The notes below the pieces were generated by a model. That model ran no database searches and was not told the DNA's origin. It worked only from the letters and a program-made list of their open reading frames with translations. Source: Nitrososphaera sp. (GTDB lineage: Archaea; Thermoproteota; Nitrososphaeria; Nitrososphaerales; Nitrososphaeraceae). From it: 60,533 nt of DNA. The stretch covers positions 9,159-69,691 of the forward strand of contig DAINRW010000001.1 of assembly GCA_036741615.1 (NCBI GenBank), written 5' to 3'. The stretch's first letter is position 1, and every line of letters starts with the position of its first letter. A program made the translations under genes and the position numbers. Of this stretch, positions 1 to 9,413 are shown in pieces.

Positions 1-274
1 TAGCAAAAGATTAACTGTATTTTTTTCCTTATCATGTATTACCATGAGGCTTTTATCTATACTGTGCTTTTTTACTAAAGCTTGCAGATGAAAATTTAAA
101 GTATAAGAATCTGCAAAAGAATTTGTTTCGACCATTGTGAGACCTTCATCATAAATGCTCAGCCTAAAATCTGCAGGTGATTTCTCTACTAGTGTAATAT
201 GCATCAGATGTCAGAGATCCTTGCAGATTTTAAATGCTGCATAGTATATAACCAAAGTCCCACAAATGCTATCG

Positions 275-1285
275 TTATCGTATCCCTGTCCCCGCCTGCG
301 CGAATTGCATTTCAGGGATACTTGTCACCCTTTGGATCTGTACCTCATGCTGGCCTGCTGGAACAAAAAAGTCTATATAAATTGTCTTACTATCGGCTCT
401 TATCGCCGGTTCATGCAAGTTGCCATCCAACAAAACCTTAACGCTCTGATCCTGGGATTCTTGTGGTATCATAAAGCTTACAGGTCCACCTCCAGGAGCA
501 TAGGGCCTAATGTCAAATGATATACTATCCGTTTCATTTTGATATCGTATTCCGCTTACCTGGGCCGCGGCATTTAGGTCATAAGGGATAAACTTGCCAT
601 CACCGGTATCGATCGTTTTTATTGGAGCGTCTAGATCAAGGCCTGCACAGCTGTAATAGTACACGTTCGACTTGATTGCTGCATCAGGAAGTGCTAGAAA
701 TTCTCTCTCCTCATTTGCTTTCAGAACCGGTATTATATCGCTTCTTACGCTATCAAGCTGGGTCGCATTCTCGCTGCGGACTGAGGCAAAAACACTGAGA
801 TTGTGAATGTCAAACGGAGCATTATTCTTGACTGTTCCGACAAAAGCCCTTTCATCTCCGAAGGCCATACTAGTATAGTTAAGTATTATCATATCTGTGA
901 CATGTGTTGCTTCAACCTCCTTAACATCTGCTATGAATGGAAGGCCTGCGATTCCAGAGTCAATCACGAACTTGAAAGGCGAGTCGTTCAACGGCCGTAT
1001 GATACGGCCAAAAGTGGGCTGGTGCTCGCTCCTAATTCCGTTTTCATCTTCCACGTCTAACCCTATAGTTGCCTGAATTGGTAAGCTGCCTGTATTCCTG
1101 ACTGTTCCTACGACGTTTAGTTTACCCTCAGAGTCAACAAATGACGAATAAGCAATTATCTTTACGAAGTCGTGATGAGCAGAATATGCACTCGTGCTAA
1201 ATGATATAATGATAACAAGCGCCATTGCTGGAATAGCTAACAAATGGATCCTGAACGACACGATAAATGATCTGTAAATGGACAA
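275..1285 (-). CDS. Secreted/surface protein (FxLYD-like repeats) with apparently frameshifted PEF-CTERM-type anchor
   Basis: N-terminal hydrophobic signal; two repeats resembling FxLYD (VVGTVRNTG / FVGTVKNNA); ends in IPEM, and a hydrophobic tail continues in another frame to position 204. Confidence 0.7.
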   Translation of the reverse strand: MSIYRSFIVSFRIHLLAIPAMALVIIISFSTSAYSAHHDFVKIIAYSSFVDSEGKLNVVGTVRNTGSLPIQATIGLDVEDENGIRSEHQPTFGRIIRPLNDSPFKFVIDSGIAGLPFIADVKEVEATHVTDMIILNYTSMAFGDERAFVGTVKNNAPFDIHNLSVFASVRSENATQLDSVRSDIIPVLKANEEREFLALPDAAIKSNVYYYSCAGLDLDAPIKTIDTGDGKFIPYDLNAAAQVSGIRYQNETDSISFDIRPYAPGGGPVSFMIPQESQDQSVKVLLDGNLHEPAIRADSKTIYIDFFVPAGQHEVQIQRVTSIPEMQFAQAGTGIR

Positions 1286-1412
1286 GCCTATTAGCGTTTG
1301 GGCGACACTGGCTCAGGCTAGAAGATGAAAATTTCTATGTTCATAGAATGTAATTAGACCAGCCTGATTTTAATTGTCGGCTGTAAATGTACTTCCACAA
1401 TTTTTGCATTCT

Positions 1413-1604
1413 CTAACCGCCCGCATTTTCTCCACTTAACGCTAGGCGCTCTTGATACACGTCTATTAATTGGTTTATTACGTCATCGTAGCTCAGGTTA
1501 CGCTTTTCTATATGCACCATATCGTTCATGGTCGACGTTAACCTTCTATATGTCTGCTCGTCGATACTCAGCGTTTTCACTATCTTGCTGCGTTTGTTGC
1601 GCAT
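1413..1604 (-). CDS. Small ribbon-helix-helix/antitoxin-like DNA-binding protein
   Basis: KTLSIDEQTYRRL...SYDDVINQLID is an RHH-like pattern; start moved to the ATG at 1604 (MRNKRSK). Confidence 0.55.
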   Translation of the reverse strand: MRNKRSKIVKTLSIDEQTYRRLTSTMNDMVHIEKRNLSYDDVINQLIDVYQERLALSGENAGG

Positions 1605-2037
1605 ATTTATTGCTTCAAGCCATAAAGACATATTCGTACATCCTGAATTAATTAGAGCATTGACCACACATCCTACTACAATGACCTGTCATTGTAGTAT
1701 CCCGCAGGGAATGATATCTTTGCAATTGTTTCCCCTAATTATTTTCTGAGCTTATACTACAAGATTTACTGGTAGTCCTCCGCAGGTTAAGGTGAGCTCC
1801 ATAGCTTACTTATTATTCGCTGACTCTGATAAAGGATATCAAGTAAGGCTGATCAAAAGAAGTATCTTTATCATGTTGGCAATAAGGGCAACTGATGAGA
1901 TTATTATGTTTCCGCCAAATGCAATACACGCTATAATAGTTGGGCTTGCATGCATCGGATAAGGCTTGGTAGAGGATTTACATAGTCAGCCAGACCCGGG
2001 GTTTAAATTTTGTAGCACAATAATTTCATATGACGGT

Positions 2038-2601
2038 ATGAAGCGATATATGTTGCATCTACAAAATACGCTCCGATATTCTCCAAAGGAAGCTACTGAG
2101 CTCCTCCATAGGGCAAGGGAGCTTGTTGAGCCGGAAGCGAGCATCCGGGATGCTCGAGTTTCAAAGAAATATATCGAGTATGACATCAGTATACAGGAAA
2201 GTAAGGATTTAAGATCACTGCTCTCGAGGATTGAAGGCATTGCTCCATTGGCCAGCTATGAGGAAATTATGGAGCGTCACATGGAGAAGGATGAAGCCAT
2301 TATGCGGGCAGTAGAGCTATTCAATGATGAAAGGTATTGGGAAGCTCATGAAGCCCTTGAGTATGTGTGGAAAAACGCAACAGGAACTGAAAAGGAAATC
2401 TTAAACGGAATCATACTTGTAGCCGCTGCATTTGTACACGATGAAAAAGACGAGCAGAATATTTCTATCTCTATATTGCGTAGGGCTAAAAGGAAGCTTG
2501 ATCGAACCGGCGATAAATATTATGGAATTAACACAGGTAAGATAGTAGACGCGCTTTCAGAAATTATCAATACAGGCAACGTACGTAGGTTTACAATCTA
2601 A
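2038..2601 (+). CDS. DUF309 domain-containing protein
   Basis: LFNDERYWEAHEALEYVW...GIILVAAAFVH motif; ATG at 2038 lies downstream of TTTAAA at ~2001. Confidence 0.8.
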   Translation: MKRYMLHLQNTLRYSPKEATELLHRARELVEPEASIRDARVSKKYIEYDISIQESKDLRSLLSRIEGIAPLASYEEIMERHMEKDEAIMRAVELFNDERYWEAHEALEYVWKNATGTEKEILNGIILVAAAFVHDEKDEQNISISILRRAKRKLDRTGDKYYGINTGKIVDALSEIINTGNVRRFTI

Positions 2602-2934
2602 AAACTTGGACTGAGACTCAAACTATTCCTTTTCAACTCAACAAGAAGAGACGGTAACGTCCATGCATCGTGCCGACGTACCATATCCCGTAGTCTATCA
2701 TTAATAAGCTTACTTTGTTTTTACACTTTTGGATCTGAGGAAAAGCCCACACGTGTGTGTTTTTGTCCATAAAGTATAGGTATTTGATACGGCGTCCTAG
2801 GCCATACAGAGCCTAATTATGTCCTTCCGAAAAGACAATAGGGGCGGTAAGGAACCTCAAATACCAAATTTTTTGCAGATTGATTGCTATTTGAGCAATT
2901 CGAACCCTCCTTGAGAATAGTTATTTAGGATGCA

Positions 2935-3837
2935 ATGTTCTACCTGTCTGAAACATTGAATGGGATATCAGTAGTAACGGGGCCAGGATCATTTGATCTT
3001 GCCAACAATATTGCAAAGAGCCTTCAAGCCGAGCTGGCGGTGGCCAGCGTAAGAATATTCTCAGACGGTGAAAGTAGCATGAGACTTGGCAAGGTGCGCA
3101 AGAACTGCATTATTGTACAATCTACCCATCCGCCTACTGACAGGCACCTAATGCAGCTATTGATGATGACAAAAAAGTGCGTGGACGACGGTGCTCAAGA
3201 TATGTGTGCAGTCATTCCCTATCTTGCTTATGCTCGCCAGGACAGGGCCTTTCTAGAAGGCGAGGTAGTAAGCATCGGTCTCGTCGCCAAATTGTTTGAA
3301 ACAATAGGAATAAAGCACATCATAACTGTAGATATACACAGTCAACTTGCTATGTCGTATTTTCAGAGCATTCAAAATGTTTCTTCAGTTCGAATGCTTG
3401 CAGACTATGCCACAAATATGAAATTGCACGATCCTATCGCAGTGTCACCGGATACAGGCGGAGACAACAGGGCAAAGGAATTTGCCCGATATCTCAATAT
3501 AGACTCCGTTTCTTTAAAAAAGTCACGTCACAGACTCACCGGCGATGTAACGATAGATGAAAGCATAGATGCCGATGTTTCTAATAGAGATGCAGTACTG
3601 ATAGACGATATAATAAGTAGCGGCAGTAGCATCATCAAAGCCGCACAAGTTCTTCGCAAGCTAGGAGTAGGCAAAATCTATGCAATGTGTGCTCACGCAC
3701 TGCTAATCCAAGATGCAGCTGAAAAAATCAAGTCTGCGGGTGTTCATGATATAATCTCTACAAATTCGGTGCCAGGGGAATATTCCAAGGTCGAGCTGAG
3801 TCCAGAAATAATATCGACGCTCAACACTCGCTATTAG
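2935..3837 (+). CDS. prs: Ribose-phosphate pyrophosphokinase
   Basis: FSDGE, PYLAYARQDR, VDIHS, SPDTGG and LIDDIISSGSS motifs. Confidence 0.95.
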   Translation: MFYLSETLNGISVVTGPGSFDLANNIAKSLQAELAVASVRIFSDGESSMRLGKVRKNCIIVQSTHPPTDRHLMQLLMMTKKCVDDGAQDMCAVIPYLAYARQDRAFLEGEVVSIGLVAKLFETIGIKHIITVDIHSQLAMSYFQSIQNVSSVRMLADYATNMKLHDPIAVSPDTGGDNRAKEFARYLNIDSVSLKKSRHRLTGDVTIDESIDADVSNRDAVLIDDIISSGSSIIKAAQVLRKLGVGKIYAMCAHALLIQDAAEKIKSAGVHDIISTNSVPGEYSKVELSPEIISTLNTRY

Positions 3838-3872
3838 CATAAATTTGGTCATCATTATCATAATCCAACCAG

Positions 3873-4799
3873 ATGGTCGATATGCAACTCGTTTTTCTGG
3901 GTACTTCGTCAGGTGCTCCAACCGTTCGGCGCGGTTTGTCCTCAGTTGTCCTAGTTAGAGGAGGAGAGCTATTACTTTTTGACACCGGCGAGGGAATGCA
4001 ACGCAACTTTATCAGAGCTGGGCTAGGAATGAATAGGAAAATGAAAATCTTCATCACACATATGCATGCCGACCATTGCATAGGTCTCTTAGGACTGCTT
4101 CAGACAATGGACCTTCAAGGAAGAGAAAAGTGTGTCGACATTTATGGCGAGCCGCGAGTTGAAGAGTTCCTGCGAGAGAATATGCGTATCATAAATTTCA
4201 GGCTAACATTTGATTTAACCGTACGCAAAATAGAGAAAGACGGTGTGATAGTTAGGGAAAGAGACTATCAAGTTTCATGTTGTGAGGCACTGCACTCAGT
4301 TCCCTCTTTGGCGTACTCTGTGGAAGAATTTGATAGACCAGGGATATTTAATGTGATGGAAGCAAAGAGACTAGGGATACCCGAGGGGAACCTGTATAGT
4401 AAACTCCAGCATGGGGAAGACATCACTTATCAGGGTAAACTAATTAGAGCAAGTCACATAGTAGGGCCGGCCCGGAGAGGTAGGAAGATAGGAATCTCAG
4501 GAGATACCAGACCGACAGACAAGCTAGCGAGGTTCTTCAGAGAATGTGACGTGCTAGTCTTTGAATCCACTTACAGCCACGATAAGCTGGAAAAAGCTAT
4601 TGAAAATGGTCATTCCACAGCAGCTGAAGCTGCGATGATAGCAAAAGAATCAAAAGTCAATAAACTCATACTTACGCACTTTAGTGCGCGGTACGACGAT
4701 ACCTCCCAGCTAGTCAACGAGGCACAGCTTATTCATGATAATGTTGAAGCAGCAGAAGATCTTAAGGTTTTCAAGATTTCTTATAGGCCAGACCCATAA
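3873..4799 (+). CDS. rnz: Ribonuclease Z
   Basis: FLGTSSGAPT, FDTGEG, THMHADH, exosite GIPEG, SGDTRP and THFSARY motifs. Confidence 0.96.
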   Translation: MVDMQLVFLGTSSGAPTVRRGLSSVVLVRGGELLLFDTGEGMQRNFIRAGLGMNRKMKIFITHMHADHCIGLLGLLQTMDLQGREKCVDIYGEPRVEEFLRENMRIINFRLTFDLTVRKIEKDGVIVRERDYQVSCCEALHSVPSLAYSVEEFDRPGIFNVMEAKRLGIPEGNLYSKLQHGEDITYQGKLIRASHIVGPARRGRKIGISGDTRPTDKLARFFRECDVLVFESTYSHDKLEKAIENGHSTAAEAAMIAKESKVNKLILTHFSARYDDTSQLVNEAQLIHDNVEAAEDLKVFKISYRPDP

Positions 4800-4936
4800 G
4801 GATCGCAATATACGTGCTTTGTAGAAAGAAGCTCTATTAACAAATAATAGCATCGAATCCTATCCATATTGTTCATTTAGGATTTTATCTCGACGCAAAT
4901 GCGATAGATGTACTAGCAATTCAATGTTCGTGGCAT

Positions 4937-6310
4937 TCATTTGTTTACAACGTAGAAATCATATACACTTACGGTTTCTGACATTTGTTTTTTCTTAACA
5001 TTATATTCTATAGTTGCCCAAAAAGCGGGGAACGTTTCAATAAGTCCTAAGACAGGACATAGAACAAGAGTTTGTAAATGTAGCAGTATTTTTTTAGACC
5101 TTGTTATCTTTGAGTATCGCAAGTTCAGAAACAGCCCCAGCTGATATGAACCTAGCCATACTAGCGTTGCGAAGAAGAGTATTGTGCTAGTTGCAAATTC
5201 AATTGGCCCAGCTGTTAGGGTTGAAAACAAGATCGACTCAAAGGCAGAGAGAGGGTTAAGATGGCTAGGAAGCAACGTGATGATAGAGCTTATCGTTTCG
5301 GGCCCATGTAACGATAGCGAGAAAAGTGGTAGTACGTACGCGTTTATCATCAGGGCGGTTGATGCAACTCCAGAGGCAAACCCTAGGAAAAGAGTTACGG
5401 ATTTGAACATGACTTTGTACCTATGCCATCGCGGAAATTTGTCAAGATTTTGCATTGTTCCTAAGAACCACCTACGCCTTTGTAAGAAATGATCCTTTAG
5501 GTTCAAAGGAGGTTGCTCAAGTAATATTCCACCATGCCACCCCATAGATCCATAACCATACTTTTCGTAAACTTTATAGCCAAACATCTGATCCTCGGCA
5601 AGCGTGTGTCCAAATTTCCATCCGATGTTATCTTCGATATCGGATCTAACCAGCAGGTTGCTACCATGCATGTGCAGTGGGGGCGGATTTCTCATCTGTG
5701 AGACGCAATCATAGCATGCAAACGGCCTTACTGACTCGGCTATTGCAGTCAGTAGGTTTGCCGATTCAAATTTTAAGGGATAGAATATAGGTCCTTCAGA
5801 CACAACTCCCTTACCTTTCCCAATGAATTTGAGCAGCGCAAGAATCGTCTGGGGTGTCACGTAACTTTCCTCATCCATGTGGAATATCCATCGTTTGTTA
5901 GTGTTCTTTCCCATCTGCCGACGATAATCGACTGCAAATTGTAAGGCTCGACCTTTTTTTATTGCATCTGTATGATAGCTTTTCTCCACTACCACTACTT
6001 CGCACCTTTCCCTCCTAAGCGTCCATCGATCTTGAGGATCGTCTGTTACTACAGTGATCTGATAATTGTAAAAGCTTATCTCGTGTGCAGAATTTATTAT
6101 TGACTGGATACCGCGCTTGACCACCGATGTCCTAGTGGCAGACCGGGTTGTTATCTGAAAAATTATAGACGAGTTATTAAAGGGGCACGAGAGATCTCCT
6201 TCGACAAACAGCTTTCTATTCTTGACAGTCTTCCAGACCGAAATGATCGCAACAGGAACATAGGATAGCCAGAAAAACATGGCGATAGCTATAAAAGCAT
6301 TATCAAGCAC
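4937..6310 (-). CDS. Membrane glycosyltransferase family 2 (egghead/BRE-3-like)
   Basis: KGRALQF, HMDEES, HGSNLL, LAED and QRRRW motifs; N- and C-terminal TM helices. Confidence 0.8.
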   Translation of the reverse strand: MLDNAFIAIAMFFWLSYVPVAIISVWKTVKNRKLFVEGDLSCPFNNSSIIFQITTRSATRTSVVKRGIQSIINSAHEISFYNYQITVVTDDPQDRWTLRRERCEVVVVEKSYHTDAIKKGRALQFAVDYRRQMGKNTNKRWIFHMDEESYVTPQTILALLKFIGKGKGVVSEGPIFYPLKFESANLLTAIAESVRPFACYDCVSQMRNPPPLHMHGSNLLVRSDIEDNIGWKFGHTLAEDQMFGYKVYEKYGYGSMGWHGGILLEQPPLNLKDHFLQRRRWFLGTMQNLDKFPRWHRYKVMFKSVTLFLGFASGVASTALMINAYVLPLFSLSLHGPETISSIITLLPSHLNPLSAFESILFSTLTAGPIEFATSTILFFATLVWLGSYQLGLFLNLRYSKITRSKKILLHLQTLVLCPVLGLIETFPAFWATIEYNVKKKQMSETVSVYDFYVVNK

Positions 6311-6526
6311 AGTTATCGTAATTGCGGGTGGTTTTAATAAGGAATGTATTCTAGAATCGATTTAAATAGTTAAGTCGTCGGGAAATATGCTTATTAAAGC
6401 GCGTTAGAATATCGAAGGATTCTCATTGGAACAAATGGACTATTCCGATAAATTGGCTGTAAGAAATATGAATCTATTATTTCTAGAAAAACTAGAAATA
6501 ATAGCACAGCTTAATACGTAGTCACG

Positions 6527-7456
6527 ATGGAACCAGCTGAACAACAAATACGTTCTAAGGACAATATGACATTTTGTAAACATTGCGAGAGTGACACTGT
6601 TATATTTGATATGGTTTCGAGCGAATTTGTATGTAGTTCATGTGGTTGTGTTGCAGATGACAGGATTTTTCATGCGGATAATGCAGCTGGTGTCCACAGT
6701 TCATCCGAATACGGCGACAGGACAAGGACAGGAATGCCTGAATCACTTGCAGTCCATCACAAGGGACTGTCGACACTCATTGGTTTGGATGATACCGACG
6801 CGAGAGGAAAGACGCTAGAGCCGGCGCAAAAATTGAAAATGCAAAGGCTACGAACCTGGAATAACAGATCCCAGCTCAATGATTCCATCTCAAGAAATCT
6901 TGAAAAGGCACTTAAATTTTTGAATAATTTTGGCGACAAGTTGTATCTTAGCCAAGCAGTAATGGAAAGTGCGGCTTACATATACCGTAAAGCCGCTCTG
7001 AAAAAACTGGCGAAGGGTAGGTCAACTTTAGGGCTTGTTGGAGCAGCACTTTATGCTGCCTGTAGGGAGACTGCCACTCCAAAGACTGTAGCGGATGTTG
7101 CGACGGTCTGTAACATCTCGAGTAAAGATGTCATGGCCCATTATAAGCTCATCCTAAGGGAACTATCTTTGCAAATGCCAGTATTGCATGGTCCGGACTA
7201 CGTCACACTGATAGCAAATAGGCTCGACTTAAGCGAAAGGACGAAAAGAGAGGCACTTCGTATTTACACAAAGGTCCAGCAGAACCGCATTTCTCTGGGC
7301 AAGAACCCAAGGGCACTGGCAGGAGCTGTGATATACCTCGCATCTCAAAATTGTAACGAGTTCCTCCGACAGGTAGAGATATGTCAAGTGGCGGATATAT
7401 CGACCGTTTCACTTCGGAAAAGATGTAAAGAGATCAAGGCTACTCTAGCAATTTAA
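6527..7456 (+). CDS. tfb: Transcription initiation factor IIB paralog
   Basis: CKHC...CSSCG Zn ribbon, RTRTG, GLST, RLRTWN, two cyclin repeats (GRS, GKNP). Confidence 0.95.
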   Translation: MEPAEQQIRSKDNMTFCKHCESDTVIFDMVSSEFVCSSCGCVADDRIFHADNAAGVHSSSEYGDRTRTGMPESLAVHHKGLSTLIGLDDTDARGKTLEPAQKLKMQRLRTWNNRSQLNDSISRNLEKALKFLNNFGDKLYLSQAVMESAAYIYRKAALKKLAKGRSTLGLVGAALYAACRETATPKTVADVATVCNISSKDVMAHYKLILRELSLQMPVLHGPDYVTLIANRLDLSERTKREALRIYTKVQQNRISLGKNPRALAGAVIYLASQNCNEFLRQVEICQVADISTVSLRKRCKEIKATLAI

Positions 7457-8444
7457 CATGAACGGAAAGATCCCTTGCATCCTTCATAGTATCAAGCGTG
7501 GCTGCATCTAGCTCAAGATAGGCCGCGGAGGAATTGGGATAAACGTCTCTACATGAAAACAGAGTCATGATCATATTATCATGATCGAGTTTAAACCCTT
7601 GACATGGCTCATGCCCTCGGATTATTGCCTTCACACCTGTAGCCTGCAACCAGTTGCGAGTGATGCTAGGTCCGAAATATCTTCCAAGACCACGACTTGA
7701 TCTTTCGTGTCCTTTATTTTCCGGGATTTGTCGTGGGTCATTCCATAATATCTCTTCAAGCACACTGTTTCTGGCCTGGGTTTCTTGAGCAGACATTATT
7801 GATTCCCGAAATTTTGATGCCACTAGTCCTTGGGTAGGAAGCCCACCATGGACAAGCAGTAGCTTATGTTTAATCATTGTTGCAATTGTTAACTTTTTGA
7901 AGACTGATAGTATCCTCACATAGATCTCTCTCCAACTCTTGCCATACCGCTCTTCTATCTCGTAAGGAAAATTATGTGGAGAAAAAGGAAATTCTGCAGG
8001 GGCCTCATGGTTTCCTCTCATAAGTATAACCGAGTCAGGATATGCGGTTTTCAGGTAGCATATCGAATACACTGTGCCGATGGAGTCTGTTCCCCTATCG
8101 ATATAATCACCAAGAAATACAAGTTTATTCAGCGGTTTTGACAAAAATTGCCTATAGTCTATTTTACACAAAATTCTAAACAATGACTTGCTATCGCCAT
8201 GTAGGTCCCCTACTACCACCAAATTTTCTAAATCATATATGTCCAACAGGCCATTAGATACATGTCCCCCGGCTATGCATTTATTCCGCCTATTCGTCTC
8301 AAGCATGTCTTCTGTCTGCTTAATTAGTTGCATAAACTCAGTTGCATCAGCATTTCTTGCAGAGTCTGCTAGCTGCAACAGGATATAATACTCCAAAATG
8401 ATAGTTAAATGTATTATGCCACAAAAGCTACCCTCTCCCATCAC
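7440..8444 (-). CDS. PPP-family Ser/Thr protein phosphatase
   Basis: GDLHG, GDYIDRG, MRGNHE, VHGG, LWNDP, RG.G..FG and IRGHE motifs; true start may be the TTG near 8378. Confidence 0.9.
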   Translation of the reverse strand: MMGEGSFCGIIHLTIILEYYILLQLADSARNADATEFMQLIKQTEDMLETNRRNKCIAGGHVSNGLLDIYDLENLVVVGDLHGDSKSLFRILCKIDYRQFLSKPLNKLVFLGDYIDRGTDSIGTVYSICYLKTAYPDSVILMRGNHEAPAEFPFSPHNFPYEIEERYGKSWREIYVRILSVFKKLTIATMIKHKLLLVHGGLPTQGLVASKFRESIMSAQETQARNSVLEEILWNDPRQIPENKGHERSSRGLGRYFGPSITRNWLQATGVKAIIRGHEPCQGFKLDHDNMIMTLFSCRDVYPNSSAAYLELDAATLDTMKDARDLSVHVKLLE

Positions 8445-8676
8445 TAAGAAAAATCAAGAAGTAGCATTGAATTGAGGCTAGCAGACGAAGTCTCCAACTA
8501 TGTTCGGCTGCAATCATCTAGTACATCACACAACTTCTAATACACAGACTAAAAAGGAGATGATTCTAACCCGTAAGAAGAATGCGTTTGCTATTACCAT
8601 GATTGAGGGCATACTTAGGAATCTTCTAGGTTCTTGTTGGCTTAGAAAGTATGTTTAACATTAAATCCAATAGGAT

Positions 8677-8997
8677 TTGAGTTTCTGTAGTAAGTTGCCA
8701 TTAAATGCTGAGGGCTGGAGTAATAGAGGATGGCTAGAGATAATTGAATTCATCTTGTTAATGTGTGAAAACGGTGCAAGGAAGACCCATGTGATGTATC
8801 GATGTAATCTAAATTCCAAGCAAATAAATCAGTACCTTGAATTCCTGCTTGAGAGTGGAATGCTTGAGATGATACAGGAACGCCCGAATTCAAAGCGTTA
8901 CATATACAAGACTACTGATCTTGGTAAAAAGTTCATTGCTCATTACAAACAGTTGGCAGCGCTCTTTACGAAGCCGCCCCCTCCATCGATTGCCTAG
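8677..8997 (+). CDS. Winged-helix regulator (HTH_45 / ArnR1-like)
   Basis: R..LEII..IL, KTHVMYRCNLN...YL..L...GML, Y.TTDLG pattern. Confidence 0.85.
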   Translation: MSFCSKLPLNAEGWSNRGWLEIIEFILLMCENGARKTHVMYRCNLNSKQINQYLEFLLESGMLEMIQERPNSKRYIYKTTDLGKKFIAHYKQLAALFTKPPPPSIA

Positions 8998-9116
8998 TTG
9001 AAGATGTAGCACCGTTGTGGTCAGATCAATTAAATGATACTTTGATGTATTACATACTTCTACTATAATGAATGATAGGGATTATATGAAATGTATGTGT
9101 TGTTGTCTCCGCTCAA

Positions 9117-9413
9117 ATGAAGAATCGCAGTCGCTATGAAGTCATCGCCGCCATCTTAAAGTCTGTGAATAAAGAAGAGACCCGCACCAAAATAATGTAT
9201 AAAGCAATGCTGAGCAATGACCAGTGCAAATTGTATTTAGATTCGCTTATCAAAAGTGGCCTTGTGCATGAGGTCAGCAATGGAGAAAAGATATTGTATA
9301 GAATAACACCAAAGGGAAGCAGATTCCTATCCTATTATGACCAGATGAAAGAATTACTTCCAGTAGGTATCGAAGAAAATTTGGCAGATGAATACTATCA
9401 TCTAAGCACTTAG
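9117..9413 (+). CDS. Winged-helix regulator (HTH_45 / ArnR1-like)
   Basis: RSRYEVIAAIL, TKIMYKAMLS...YLDSL...GLV, YRITPKG. Confidence 0.88.
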   Translation: MKNRSRYEVIAAILKSVNKEETRTKIMYKAMLSNDQCKLYLDSLIKSGLVHEVSNGEKILYRITPKGSRFLSYYDQMKELLPVGIEENLADEYYHLST

